A stretch of 57,377 nt of DNA from Cyanobacteriota bacterium (lineage in GTDB: Bacteria; Cyanobacteriota; Cyanobacteriia; Cyanobacteriales; Nostocaceae): contig JBJOKS010000029.1 in NCBI GenBank assembly GCA_046045965.1, positions 1-57,377 on the forward strand. The letters are read 5' to 3'. Below the pieces are notes generated by a model that saw only the letters and a program-made list of their open reading frames with translations, ran no database searches and was not told where the DNA came from. The position numbers were made by a program, and so were the translations under genes. Below are positions 17,948-28,296 of this stretch, piece by piece. Numbering within the stretch: the stretch's first letter is position 1; each line of letters starts with the position of its first letter.

Positions 17948-18167
17948 AAACCCAACTGGTAATTCCACTGAGGAGCGCCCCACCCATCAAAATACCAATA
18001 GCTGGGTTAAATACGGGTATCCACAGTTTATGCCATAAATCTAAACCTAAGTTGATTCCTGACGCATTACCAGCAACTGCGACAGCAAACCAAACAAAAC
18101 CTAAAATCACCAGGAAAACATCAGCCACTAATATTATATTGAGCCAATTTAACAATTTATCTTTCAT
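17925..18167 (-). CDS. Small two-TM membrane protein
   Basis: 80 aa with two hydrophobic helices, downstream of the TPR and iscA genes on the same strand. Confidence 0.75.
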   Translation of the reverse strand: MKDKLLNWLNIILVADVFLVILGFVWFAVAVAGNASGINLGLDLWHKLWIPVFNPAIGILMGGALLSGITSWVSKKLMKS

Positions 18168-18205
18168 ATATGAATCTGAGTTGATTTATTAATTTTTCGT
18201 TGAGT

Positions 18206-18297
18206 CAGGGAATAGGGAATAGGGAATAGGGAATAGGGAATAGGGAATAGGGAATAATGATTTACCAATTACCCATTACCAATTACCCATTACCAAT
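18206..18297. repeat. STRR arrays (AGGGAAT)n and (TTACCAA/TTACCCA)n
   Basis: Tandem heptamers read directly. Confidence 0.85.
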
Positions 18298-18719
18298 TAA
18301 GATTCAAATAGCCATTTTTTGACTTTAGCCAAATTTTTCCAATCAGGTTTTCTGGTTAAACCGTCTTCAATGCTATTTTTAACTTCTTCTTCCCATTCTT
18401 TATTGACAAAAATCAATTGTTGTGCAAAGTCAATATGTTCGCGCAAACCTTTTTGACCAGTTTCTAACATGGCTAAAGCGAGATTAATTCTGGCTTGGGG
18501 GTCTTGAGGATTGATTTTAACAGCTTTGTTCGCAGCTGTGTAAGCTAACTTGGCTTTACCTTCGAGAAGATATAACCAAGATAAACAAATCCAAGCTGAA
18601 CTGGCTCTGGGTGAGCGATCGCATACTTCTTTAAATACAGGAATGAGATTTGCGGCTGATTCACCGTCTTTGTAGCGTTGTAAACCTGTATCGAATAATT
18701 CTTCAACTGTAATAGTCAT
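18297..18719 (-). CDS. Small TPR-like protein
   Basis: AWICLSWLYLL...AVKINPQDPQARINLALAM helical-repeat pattern. Confidence 0.8.
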   Translation of the reverse strand: MTITVEELFDTGLQRYKDGESAANLIPVFKEVCDRSPRASSAWICLSWLYLLEGKAKLAYTAANKAVKINPQDPQARINLALAMLETGQKGLREHIDFAQQLIFVNKEWEEEVKNSIEDGLTRKPDWKNLAKVKKWLFES

Positions 18720-18890
18720 TTGTTATTTGTCATTAGTCATTGGTTATTTGTCATTGGTCAGTTGTATGGTAATGGGTAATTGGTAATGGGTAATTGGTAA
18801 TTGGTAATTGGTAATGGGTAATTGCGTTATTCATCCTCCCAGTCACCAGTCACCAGTCACCAGTCCCCAGTCCCCAGTCCCCAGTCAACT
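18720..18890. repeat. Mixed STRR arrays (GTCATTG, GGTAATT, CCAGTCA/CCAGTCC)
   Basis: Tandem heptamers read directly. Confidence 0.8.
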
Positions 18891-18904
18891 GACCATTGAC
18901 TATA

Positions 18905-19261
18905 TTACACTCCGAAAGATTTGCCGCAACCACAGGTTTGGGAAGCATTGGGATTAGTGAATTGAAACCCACCACCAATCATGGCATCACTGTAATCGAG
19001 CATCAAACCATAGAGATATAATAGGCTTTTGCGATCGCAAACAATTTTGAAACCATCATAATCAAAGACATCATCCTGTGGGGTGATCTTGCTGATGTCC
19101 TCAAAATCCATCATATAAGACATCCCAGAGCAACCACCCTGACGAACTCCTACCCGTAAACATAAATCCTGTCCTTGCTTGGCCTGGAGAGATTTTACCT
19201 GGCGCAATGCCGATTCACTCAACAAAATGCCGCGTTTTTGAGTTTCAGTTGCTTGTGTCAT
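18905..19261 (-). CDS. iscA: Iron-sulfur cluster assembly accessory protein (HesB/IscA/SufA family)
   Basis: GGCSGMSY and [14 protein letters not shown]. Confidence 0.9.
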   Translation of the reverse strand: MTQATETQKRGILLSESALRQVKSLQAKQGQDLCLRVGVRQGGCSGMSYMMDFEDISKITPQDDVFDYDGFKIVCDRKSLLYLYGLMLDYSDAMIGGGFQFTNPNASQTCGCGKSFGV

Positions 19262-19587
19262 CTGCTGTTTTCACTCCTTAATTAGTTTTAGTATTACTCG
19301 GTATATGCCGTTGATAGCTTTGGGGCTACTTTCTCTATTTTTGTTCCATTCTAGCTGCATTGATCGGTCTAGACGCTAAATTCTCAACACTTTGTCAACA
19401 GCAGCTAAGGATTTTTATTCTAGAATTGAGATGTTCGGTGTATTTAGAGATGGGGCATTTTTTGAGTTTCAGCCACAAGCCGTCTGAGCAGCAACCACTC
19501 TTCAGGTACAGCAGGGAAATATTGATCCGAATTTTAGCCATTCCCCACAGTTGACTTCTAAATTGCTTTTTTTGATTAACCTACTCT

Positions 19588-21222
19588 ATGACAAGTTTTA
19601 ATCGCTCTACCAGTCGTCGGTTGAAGAAATTAACCCAAATTCCTTCTATATGGGAGGGCGATCGCCGTCCGTTGTCATCATCTCAAACCCAACCCAGAGA
19701 CTCAGAAGAGTCCAAGGGGGAATGTATACTCTGGGTGGATGGCTCTCAAGGTATTGTTAGAGGTATGGATATGGTATCTCCAGACCTCGGACCCGAAGCC
19801 ATAGTTCGTACCTTAATGCGAGCAATGGAGCATCCACAAAGTCCAGCTAAACCCGCTAGACCGCAAAGAATAGTGGTCAAAGACAGGGAAATTCAATTTT
19901 ACCTGCGTGGTGTTTTGCAAGATTTGGATATTGCTATTGACTACGCACCAGATTTACCTTTAATTGATGAACTATTTCGCTCGTTTGCGGATATTCTCGA
20001 TAGCCAAATTCCCGATTTACCTCCACAATATGCACAAATCCTGAATGAGAAGGCGTTTGCAGTTTGGGAAGCAGCACCTTGGAATTTTCTGGAAGAACAG
20101 CAAATCTTGTCAATAGAAATCAATAAATGGGATGTGGGGACAGTTTATGCCTCAGTCATGGGAATGCTGGGGATGGAGTATGGTGTTTTGTTCTATCGTT
20201 CTGAGGATTCTTTGAAGCGGTTTCGTGCAGATGTTTTACAGGATGATGAATCTGGCCACGGTTTAGAAGAAGCTTTTCTGAAACAAGATTGTTTATTTCT
20301 CACCTTTGATCAAGTTGACGAAGATGAAGATGAGGATGAAGATTTAGCAGATTTACCCCTATCGGAAATTGAACCTACTTTTGGCAATATTCACCCCTTA
20401 GAAGGACTGCGATCGGTTTTGTATGACGAAGAAGCCCTGGTCATGTATGTGGCGATCGAAAGCTTGCTCCGCTTTGTCCGTGATTATCGTCATCAGTTAT
20501 ACGAAGAAGACTTTCCCGCCATTAATCGACGTTATCGCATTTCTCTACCCCATCCAGATGAAGCCACTAAATCAGTTTCTGTGACTGTCTCGACTATGCC
20601 AGAATTGGCCGCTGAGTTAGAAGAAATGGCAGGCTTTTATATCTCAGATGATGAAGAAGATTTGGATGTTACTGAGTTCCGGTCTTTGCGGGATGACTTG
20701 ATCCCAGAAGACTCCTTCCTGAGTTTGGGTGTGATTTCTTGGGATATGTTAAAGTCTCTGCGTCAGCAAGTGAATTACCATGCAGGAGAGGAAATCAATC
20801 AAGCAGGTGATGGCTTACCGGTAATTTTAATTCAAACTTCCCGCCCCAAGGCGAAAACGGTGATTGAAAATATTCAGGCTGCTGGGGGACTAAAAGCGAT
20901 TTGTTTTAATCCAGGTGCTAATCCCTTGGATGGAGAAGAATATGATTTGGGTTTGTTACAAACAGAAAATGGGGATCTGTTCCTGTTTGGCGAATTTTTG
21001 GATCAAGACCCGATTCATTTTGAAGCCAGACAAAAATGGAATCATCGGTGTCAGCTTACCAATGGTTATTGCGGCTTGATTATTGCTAAAGGACTGACGG
21101 GTGCTTCTCGTGGTAATCCCCAGTTAAAAGACATGATGGCATTGTTTGAAGCGCGATCGCTCTCTACCCACGATTTGGGTATTGGTACTCTCCAACTCAT
21201 GCCTCAACTGGAATTTGAATAA
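19588..21222 (+). CDS. Conserved acidic cyanobacterial protein of unknown function (DUF6930-like)
   Basis: 544-aa ORF with host-like HIP1 content. Motifs P.RPQRIVVKDRE and AAPW..L. Confidence 0.7.
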   Translation: MTSFNRSTSRRLKKLTQIPSIWEGDRRPLSSSQTQPRDSEESKGECILWVDGSQGIVRGMDMVSPDLGPEAIVRTLMRAMEHPQSPAKPARPQRIVVKDREIQFYLRGVLQDLDIAIDYAPDLPLIDELFRSFADILDSQIPDLPPQYAQILNEKAFAVWEAAPWNFLEEQQILSIEINKWDVGTVYASVMGMLGMEYGVLFYRSEDSLKRFRADVLQDDESGHGLEEAFLKQDCLFLTFDQVDEDEDEDEDLADLPLSEIEPTFGNIHPLEGLRSVLYDEEALVMYVAIESLLRFVRDYRHQLYEEDFPAINRRYRISLPHPDEATKSVSVTVSTMPELAAELEEMAGFYISDDEEDLDVTEFRSLRDDLIPEDSFLSLGVISWDMLKSLRQQVNYHAGEEINQAGDGLPVILIQTSRPKAKTVIENIQAAGGLKAICFNPGANPLDGEEYDLGLLQTENGDLFLFGEFLDQDPIHFEARQKWNHRCQLTNGYCGLIIAKGLTGASRGNPQLKDMMALFEARSLSTHDLGIGTLQLMPQLEFE

Positions 21223-21708
21223 TTTTCTATGTAGGAGATCAAGTAGTTAGGAGGAATTGAAGAAGTGAAGAAAATGATTGAAAACCTCCACAAAAGTTTG
21301 AGGTGATAACGGTTCAGTCCTCATTTATTGCATCTTCTCCACCTCCCATCACCAGAAAGTTATTGATTTATAAGGTTACTAAGCTTGCCTAAGTAGGGAT
21401 TTTATTTTTATTTCAGTCAGCCCTGTATAGTCACCACAGATAGGCAGAAAATCCATACTGAGTTCAATAATTCAGGTCGGATCTGTGGTTTTCTACAATG
21501 AACTCTGATGATTGTTGCTGCATAATTTGTGGTTAAAAAGATCAATGTCACTGTTTCAGCTTATCCATTGTTAACCTAGCTTTACCGAGATTTTAGTTAT
21601 ATTTTATTATCTTTCTATTTCTTTGAAGCAATCTCTGATACTATCATTTTTTCCTTTTACAATTGGATTCTTTTTGATAACCCTTAACACATAGCAAGTT
21701 GCATGATA

Positions 21709-21876
21709 ATGACTAATAAAAAATGGGCTGTTAAACGTATAACTGTGAATCTGGCAACACAGGAAGCAGAAAAATTAGAAAAATATTGTCAGCAGACAGG
21801 TAGACCCGCTACTGATGTGATTCGAGAATTGATTAGAAGTTTACCTCTGTCTGAGGATGCTAAGGAGAAAGGGTGA
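21709..21876 (+). CDS. CopG/ribbon-helix-helix transcriptional regulator (55 aa)
   Basis: Manual translation MTNKKWAVKRITVNLATQEAEKLEKYCQQTGRPATDVIRELIRSL fits the beta-alpha-alpha RHH pattern. Alternative in-frame ATG at 21703. Confidence 0.8.
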   Translation: MTNKKWAVKRITVNLATQEAEKLEKYCQQTGRPATDVIRELIRSLPLSEDAKEKG

Positions 21877-22048
21877 TTGGTGACTGGGAGAGGCAGGAGG
21901 CAGGAGGTAAATATTTCTCCCCATTTTCCTGTTCCCTGTTCCCTGTTCCCTGTTCCCTGTTCCCATTACCTATTCCGACACCAAGCAAGTTACAATTTGT
22001 AAAGAAACTGATAGCGCAGCTTGGCGTAAGCAATAAAGGAATTTGGGA

Positions 22049-23488
22049 ATGCGTGTTGCAATTGTAGGTGCAGGACTAGCTGGACTAGCAACTGCCGTAG
22101 ATTTAGCTGATGCGGGTTGTGAGGTACAAATCTTTGAATCTCGTCCCTTTGTAGGTGGTAAAGTCGGCAGTTGGGTAGATGGTGATGGCAACCACATAGA
22201 AATGGGTTTGCACGTATTTTTCGGCTGCTACTACAATCTGTTTGAGTTGATGGAAAAGGTGGGAGCAGGTGAAAATTTACGTCTTAAAGAACATAGTCAT
22301 ACTTTTATAAATAAAGGTGGACGCACTGGGGCTTTAGATTTTCGTTTCATCACCGGTGCGCCTTTTAATGGCTTAAAGGCATTTTTCACCACTTCCCAAC
22401 TTTCATTACAAGATAAATTACAAAATGCGATCGCTCTGGGAACTAGCCCCATAGTTAGGGGTTTAGTGGATTTTGAAGGTGCAATGAGAAATATCCGCGA
22501 TTTAGACAAAATTAGCTTTTCTGACTGGTTCTATCGTCACGGAGGCAGTAAAGGCAGCATCAAACGCCTATGGAACCCCATCGCTTACGCCTTGGGTTTT
22601 ATCGATTGCGATCATATTTCTGCCCGTTGTATGTTGACAATTTTCCAGTTTTTTGCTGTCAGAACTGAAGCTTCTATTTTGCGAATGCTGGAAGGTTCAC
22701 CCCACGAATATTTACACAAACCAATTATTGAATATTTAGAAGCCAGAGGCACAAAAATATACACCCGTCGGCAAGTGCGGGAAATTCAGTTTGCTGAGTC
22801 TGAAGCAAACACCAAGGTTACAGGTATAGTAGTTGCTCAAGGTGATACAGAAGAAGTAATTACTGCTGATGCTTACCTTTGCGCTTGCGATGTACCGGGA
22901 ATTCAGCGCGTTTTACCCCAAGCATGGCGGAAATGGTCAGAATTTGACAACATTTATAAATTAGATGCTGTACCTGTAGCTACAGTACAGTTAAGGTTTG
23001 ATGGTTGGGTGACAGAACTGCAAGATCCAGAAAAACGGAAACAGTTAAATCAAGCAGAAGGGATAGATAATTTGTTATATACTGCCGATGCTGATTTTTC
23101 CTGTTTTGCGGATTTGGCTTTAACCAGTCCCGCAGATTATTATCGTCCTGGGGAGGGTTCGTTGATGCAGCTGGTGTTGACACCGGGAGATCCTTTTATT
23201 AAAGAAAGTAATGAAGCGATCGCTCAACACGTTCTTAAACAGGTGCATGAATTGTTTCCCTCGTCAAGAGAATTAAACATGACTTGGTACAGTGTAGTTA
23301 AACTGGCTCAGTCTTTGTACAGAGAAGCACCAGGAATGGACGCTTATAGACCAGATCAAAAAACACCCATACCTAATTTCTTCCTAGCCGGTAGTTACAC
23401 TCAACAGGATTATATTGACAGCATGGAAGGTGCAACCATTTCTGGAAGACGTGCAGCAAAAGTCATTCTAGAAAGTGTGAAGAAATAG
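22049..23488 (+). CDS. zds: Zeta-carotene desaturase (CrtQ/Zds)
   Basis: GAGLAG FAD motif, [28 protein letters not shown] at 22049 follows AAGGA. Confidence 0.95.
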   Translation: MRVAIVGAGLAGLATAVDLADAGCEVQIFESRPFVGGKVGSWVDGDGNHIEMGLHVFFGCYYNLFELMEKVGAGENLRLKEHSHTFINKGGRTGALDFRFITGAPFNGLKAFFTTSQLSLQDKLQNAIALGTSPIVRGLVDFEGAMRNIRDLDKISFSDWFYRHGGSKGSIKRLWNPIAYALGFIDCDHISARCMLTIFQFFAVRTEASILRMLEGSPHEYLHKPIIEYLEARGTKIYTRRQVREIQFAESEANTKVTGIVVAQGDTEEVITADAYLCACDVPGIQRVLPQAWRKWSEFDNIYKLDAVPVATVQLRFDGWVTELQDPEKRKQLNQAEGIDNLLYTADADFSCFADLALTSPADYYRPGEGSLMQLVLTPGDPFIKESNEAIAQHVLKQVHELFPSSRELNMTWYSVVKLAQSLYREAPGMDAYRPDQKTPIPNFFLAGSYTQQDYIDSMEGATISGRRAAKVILESVKK

Positions 23489-23582
23489 GGGAGCAGGGAG
23501 CAGGGAGCAGGGGGAAGTTATTTGTATTTTTCCCAATTACCAATTACCAATTACCAATTACCAATTACCAATCTAAAATCCA

Positions 23583-24026
23583 ATGGCTGAATGGTTAGAA
23601 CATAGTGTACAGGTAGAAGTCGAAGCTCCCATAGAATTAGTATGGGGGTTATGGTCTGATTTGGAACAAATGCCAAAGTGGATGAAATGGATTGATTCAG
23701 TGAAGATTTTGCCAGATGATCCAGAAATTTCACTTTGGAAATTGAGTACCGGAGGTTTGGATTTTAGCTGGAAATCTCGCATTCTCAAAGTTGTTCCTAA
23801 TCAAATTATTCAATGGGAATCAGTTGATGGTTTGCCAAATCAGGGAGCAATTCGTTTTTATGATCGTCATGCTGGTAGTATTGTGAAAATGACCATTTCC
23901 TACGCTATCCCTGGGATTATTGGTAAGCTCATGGATAATTTGTTTTTGGGACGGGTGGTAGAGTCTACGATTCAAGCAGATTTGGAGAGGTTTAAGGAAT
24001 ACGCTTTGAATGTGAAAGCTGATTGA
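23583..24026 (+). CDS. SRPBCC (polyketide cyclase/START-like) family protein
   Basis: VEVEAPIELVWGLWSDLEQMPKWM, WESVDGLPNQG. Directly downstream of zds. Confidence 0.88.
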   Translation: MAEWLEHSVQVEVEAPIELVWGLWSDLEQMPKWMKWIDSVKILPDDPEISLWKLSTGGLDFSWKSRILKVVPNQIIQWESVDGLPNQGAIRFYDRHAGSIVKMTISYAIPGIIGKLMDNLFLGRVVESTIQADLERFKEYALNVKAD

Positions 24027-24134
24027 TTTAGATAGGAAAAACAGGCAGTACGAAAGCTTTAATTTAAAATTTTGGCCGATTACTGCCTTTTAAAATTCAT
24101 TATTTTGACTCAGCAAGTATTATAATAAGGTTTT

Positions 24135-25445
24135 ATGACTCAATTAAATTTATTTGATTCACAACCTGCAAATTTAATATCAAACACAAAATTACCAACT
24201 ACTAAAAAATTATCTACTAATATATTTACTAATCATTACTCTATTCATAGATGGTACAATTTTATAGCTGGATTTTCTCCTGAATTTGTAAGTTTTTGTA
24301 TAAAAGAAGCAAAACTTAATTGTGATGATGTTGTAATTGATCCTTTTTCTGGACTGGGTACTACACTGGTGGAAGCGAATTTTCAGAATGTTCAGTCAAT
24401 AGGATTTGAAGCCCATCCTTTTTTCTATGATATATCACAAGCAAAAATATTTCCTACATCAGATATACAACAGGTAAAATATTTAGAAAATCTCTTGTTA
24501 TCAATTCAACCTTACACTGGCAGTTTTGAAGAAATATGGTCTGAAGATGCTTTAAAATTTTTAACTAAACTTGTCTCAGAAGATAATTTAGCTTTATTGG
24601 CAAGTTGTCTAGAAATAGAAAGTAAGTTGTCTCAGGAAAATAAATCATTATTTCGTTTAATCGTATCCAAAGTTCTTGAAAAAACTTCCTTAGCTCAAAC
24701 TGATGGTATTTATAAAGCTCCCACAACTTTAAAAAAATCTATATCTTTTTATGATTCTGTATCTATTGTATGCAAACAAATATATGAAGATGTTGAAAAG
24801 CTAAAATATGATTTTATTCCGAAAGCCAAATTGAATTTTGGAAGTTCAGAAAATATGAAATCTGTAGAAAATGAAAGTTGTTCACTTTGTATAACTTCTC
24901 CACCTTATTTAAACAACTTTGATTTTGCAGAAATGACACGGATGGAATTATATTTCTGGCGTTATGCAGGTTCATGGAGGGAAATCACAGAAAAAGTACG
25001 TCGGCGTTTAATTGTTAATACTACAACAGCACCTACAGACTTAAAACGAAATCAAGAACTATTCTCTTCAGAATTATCAGAAAGTTTTAGGTTAAAATAT
25101 TTAGATTCTGTAATAGAAGATTTAATCAATGAGAGAAAAATCAGACCTGGCAAAAAAGATTATTATTTATTAATATATCCATATTTTGCCCAAATGCAAA
25201 ACGTGATTAGAGAATTGCATCGTATACTGCGTTCTGGTAGTAATCTTCATCTTATTGTTTCCGATGCAGCACTATATGGAGTTTACATTCCTGCTCATGA
25301 AATATTGAGTCAATTAATGATAGATAACGGCTTTCAAATTATAAATATAGAAAATATGAGAAAACGGGGTGAACGTTGGCTGCTTAAAAAAAGGACAGGT
25401 TCAAGTAAATTAGGGGAGTATCATATTCATGCAAAACGAATTTAA
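24135..25445 (+). CDS. DNA methyltransferase, probably N4-cytosine (alpha motif order)
   Basis: HRWYNFIAGFS, motif I DPFSGLGTT near the N-terminus, motif IV ITSPPY later. Confidence 0.85.
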   Translation: MTQLNLFDSQPANLISNTKLPTTKKLSTNIFTNHYSIHRWYNFIAGFSPEFVSFCIKEAKLNCDDVVIDPFSGLGTTLVEANFQNVQSIGFEAHPFFYDISQAKIFPTSDIQQVKYLENLLLSIQPYTGSFEEIWSEDALKFLTKLVSEDNLALLASCLEIESKLSQENKSLFRLIVSKVLEKTSLAQTDGIYKAPTTLKKSISFYDSVSIVCKQIYEDVEKLKYDFIPKAKLNFGSSENMKSVENESCSLCITSPPYLNNFDFAEMTRMELYFWRYAGSWREITEKVRRRLIVNTTTAPTDLKRNQELFSSELSESFRLKYLDSVIEDLINERKIRPGKKDYYLLIYPYFAQMQNVIRELHRILRSGSNLHLIVSDAALYGVYIPAHEILSQLMIDNGFQIINIENMRKRGERWLLKKRTGSSKLGEYHIHAKRI

Positions 25446-26511
25446 TATAGACTTAGATATTGAGCAGAGTAACGATGCTGAGGAAACTAGCAGTACACTG
25501 TATGCTATTGCTATGGATTTCATGAAAGGTTATATAGATGTTTATTTAAAATTAGCAAATGAAACAAAAGGTTTTGCTGTAGTTGAAGCTAAAGATGCTC
25601 AAGATTATGAACAGAAACTAATAATTTTAACTGGAATTAATAGCACTCTTGATCCGCAAAGTGCAACTGCAAATGATGTAGTACAAGAATGGCAAAGACG
25701 ACAAGCAATAATTTTTGATGTAGAATCATCAATAACTAAAGGTGTTTATATAAAAATGCGAGAGGTAGCGCAAAATCTAATTAATGAATTGCGTATAGCT
25801 ACAAATAATTTTCAATTTTTTGAAACTGAGTATATCAATAAAAATCCCAGAATGTTACCAATTTTTCAGAGGTTGATTAATGTCAGAAGTAAATCTGAAC
25901 TAAAGAAAAGAATTGGTAATGTTTCTGATAATTCTATATCCAAGCCAGCGGCAAAAAGATTATCAGACATTCTTAACAGTAAAACAACTAATCAAAATAT
26001 AGATGATCAGGAAATTTTGCAAGGTTTAGAAACGACATTAGAAGGTATTGTGCGTGATTTAGTAGGTAGAGTATTATTAGAAAGTATTGTAGCTACAGCA
26101 TTGGATGAAGCTAATGTTCCTTACAAACGAGAGAAAGAATACAAGTATTTAGAAGGAGTTATCTATAATTTTAGATCAGATTTTGTTGTACCTGATGAAA
26201 ATGAACCTAAAGCATTTATAGAAGTGAGAAAGTCATCATCTAGACACGCTTCTTTATATGCTAAGGATAAAATGTTTTCAGCTATTAATTGGAAAGGTAA
26301 GAACAAAGATATTCTAGCTATATTGATAGTAGATGGAGAATGGACGGCTGAAACTTTGCGAATTATGGCAAATGTTTTTGATTATGTTGTCCCTATTAAA
26401 GCAGTTTCTTCTGTAGCAAATTCTATAGCTGAGTATCTACAAGGAGATAAATCAAAGTTGAAATGGGTGATTGATTTTTCTATTAAACCTGCAAATGAGG
26501 AAGTTGTTTAA
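25429..26511 (+). CDS. Putative type II restriction endonuclease (PD-(D/E)xK)
   Basis: Overlaps the MTase stop. G.VLLE..V helix followed by SDFVVP...FIEVRK catalytic-like motif. Confidence 0.7.
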   Translation: MQNEFNIDLDIEQSNDAEETSSTLYAIAMDFMKGYIDVYLKLANETKGFAVVEAKDAQDYEQKLIILTGINSTLDPQSATANDVVQEWQRRQAIIFDVESSITKGVYIKMREVAQNLINELRIATNNFQFFETEYINKNPRMLPIFQRLINVRSKSELKKRIGNVSDNSISKPAAKRLSDILNSKTTNQNIDDQEILQGLETTLEGIVRDLVGRVLLESIVATALDEANVPYKREKEYKYLEGVIYNFRSDFVVPDENEPKAFIEVRKSSSRHASLYAKDKMFSAINWKGKNKDILAILIVDGEWTAETLRIMANVFDYVVPIKAVSSVANSIAEYLQGDKSKLKWVIDFSIKPANEEVV

Positions 26512-26590
26512 TGGGGATATAGAGATATGAAAAATTTTTGTTTTGAGTAGAAATTGGAAAACCCAACACCGTTGGTTGGGTTATTTTAGA

Positions 26591-26719
26591 TCAATCCTCT
26601 GCAATAATTTGTTTTGCTAACTGAAATTCTGATTCCAGTGCATCATATTCAGCTTTTACCTCTGGATCTGCAAGCACTTCTTCACGAATAGATTGCCAAG
26701 AAATATTTTTGGGAGTCAT
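26591..26719 (-). pseudogene. Truncated XRE/HigA-type antitoxin (N-terminal part only)
   Basis: MTPKNISWQSIREEVLADPEVKAEYDALESEFQLAKQIIAED*. Stops where the HTH would begin. Confidence 0.65.
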
Positions 26720-26724
26720 TGCTG

Positions 26725-27012
26725 TTAACCTTTCTCGTTATTTTCAAACGAAAATCCTCCACTCTGTAATAGTTGGGTTACATAGTCGTCCACGTTTTCA
26801 TTATTCTTATCCTGGGACTCTAATAGTTTGGTCAAAAAGTCGTACAATTCTTCCATTGTAAAATAATAGTAACGTCCTTTACTTTGAATATGCCAACGTT
26901 TTGCTGGAACTGGGGTTTCAGACAGAGGAACTTCTCCGCAAGAGCTTACCAACTTAGACTCAACAGCATTCTTACATAATTCAAACAGTTTTTCCCGTAT
27001 TACTTCAGTCAT
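26725..27012 (-). CDS. Hypothetical protein (~95 aa)
   Basis: ORF track 26725-27054. ATG at 27012 is the more plausible start. No recognisable family. Confidence 0.55.
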   Translation of the reverse strand: MTEVIREKLFELCKNAVESKLVSSCGEVPLSETPVPAKRWHIQSKGRYYYFTMEELYDFLTKLLESQDKNNENVDDYVTQLLQSGGFSFENNEKG

Positions 27013-27075
27013 TATTATACCTTTTTGCAAGTAAATATTACCAACTGCGATCACTAGATGTAGTATATAATTCGT

Positions 27076-27756
27076 CTAGCATTCAACATTTATGCTCAAA
27101 TCCTTAAGTTTGTAACTCAAAATTTCGTTAGATTTATCTATCATTCGTTTTCTAAGATCACAATATTTCCAATTCTTCCATTTATCATCCCTAACTTTGG
27201 CAATAGTATCTTGTTTAGAGCTAAATATTAAGCCCTCATTAAATTTAAGATCATCAAGATCATTATTCCAAATCCAGTTTTCATTTTCTAAATCTTCCCG
27301 TTCCCAGGTTAACACTGGTACTTTATCAACTTGAGCCTTATAATGCCTAGCAGTAAAATCAATAATTTCAGGCTTTATATTTGCTTTTCTAGGTCCAACA
27401 ATCCAACAATGGTAGTCATTTTGATTATTAGAAATTTCTCCCCTATAAATAAACCAGGGTAATTCTTGAGTTTTATCCTTATAAGGTCTTAGTGCAAAAA
27501 ATCCTGCTTCCACAATGTAATCAGATACAGGATCTTTAAATTTTTGCTGATAAAATTTTGTACAAACTTCAGATCCTAAAGCCGCGTAATAGAAGCATGA
27601 ACCTTCAAGTATATCCTTGATATCTATATGAACTGCATCACCAAAATCTACAATTTCTTTGAGTTGATCACTAAACTCTGATAACGTGTCATAGACAGTT
27701 TCATAAATTGCCTTTTGCTCTGGAATAGTAATTATCTGACTGTTTAAGAGTGTCAT
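27076..27756 (-). CDS. Hypothetical protein with papain/transglutaminase-like Cys-His-Asp signature (DUF2026-like)
   Basis: GSCFYYA...YHCWIV...IIDFTA motif order. Confidence 0.55.
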   Translation of the reverse strand: MTLLNSQIITIPEQKAIYETVYDTLSEFSDQLKEIVDFGDAVHIDIKDILEGSCFYYAALGSEVCTKFYQQKFKDPVSDYIVEAGFFALRPYKDKTQELPWFIYRGEISNNQNDYHCWIVGPRKANIKPEIIDFTARHYKAQVDKVPVLTWEREDLENENWIWNNDLDDLKFNEGLIFSSKQDTIAKVRDDKWKNWKYCDLRKRMIDKSNEILSYKLKDLSINVEC

Positions 27757-27938
27757 TTTTCAAGATTAATAAAGAACAAGTGCGATGCTTTCAATGAGCG
27801 GAGCGATCGCCCAATTTTGCATTTCATACAAACGCTGTAACCATAATATACGAATTATTGACTGAGTATCATACAGTAATAATACGTAATCATATTATTT
27901 AATCAACCCAAACACTTGTTCACCAGTCTAGTTTTGAC

Positions 27939-27969
27939 TACCCCCAGCACTTCAGATATGCTGAGGGTA
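27939..27969 (-). terminator. Hairpin downstream of the 67-aa ORF
   Basis: TACCCCCAGCA-cttcagata-TGCTGAGGGTA (one mismatch). Confidence 0.45.
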
Positions 27970-27979
27970 AATAAATCGC

Positions 27980-28183
27980 CTATCGTTTCTCTTTATCCTT
28001 CACTTTCTTCTCAGAATGAGAGGGAGGGTTAGAATCATCATCCTTCTTGACATAAGTAATCAAGACGCTAGGCAGGACTTTTTCTAAATAGGGAGAACGA
28101 CACTCCTCATCTAAAACAGCAAATGGTAGTCCTATACAACCAACTAGGAGAGCTACAAGTTTAGTGTTATTCAGTTTTCTCAT
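27980..28183 (-). CDS. Small hypothetical protein with hydrophobic N-terminus
   Basis: 67-aa ATG ORF followed by a hairpin. Confidence 0.45.
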   Translation of the reverse strand: MRKLNNTKLVALLVGCIGLPFAVLDEECRSPYLEKVLPSVLITYVKKDDDSNPPSHSEKKVKDKEKR

Positions 28184-28296
28184 TAATACTTAGGTTTAAA
28201 TTTACGATTTATCAAGGTTGAGTAAGTCTCAACTAATACAAGATTAACATATATTCTTTGATCAATCTACTGAAAAGCTAAACAAATTATTCAGAT

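Noticed and set aside
18206..18890. Tandem repeats as a possible CRISPR array
   Set aside because: 7-bp units with no unique spacers, and no cas genes in the window.
24105..24135. TTGACT...TATAAT sigma70 promoter or leaderless start for the MTase
   Set aside because: The spacer is only 10 bp, and an AAGG before the ATG fits a normal leader equally well.
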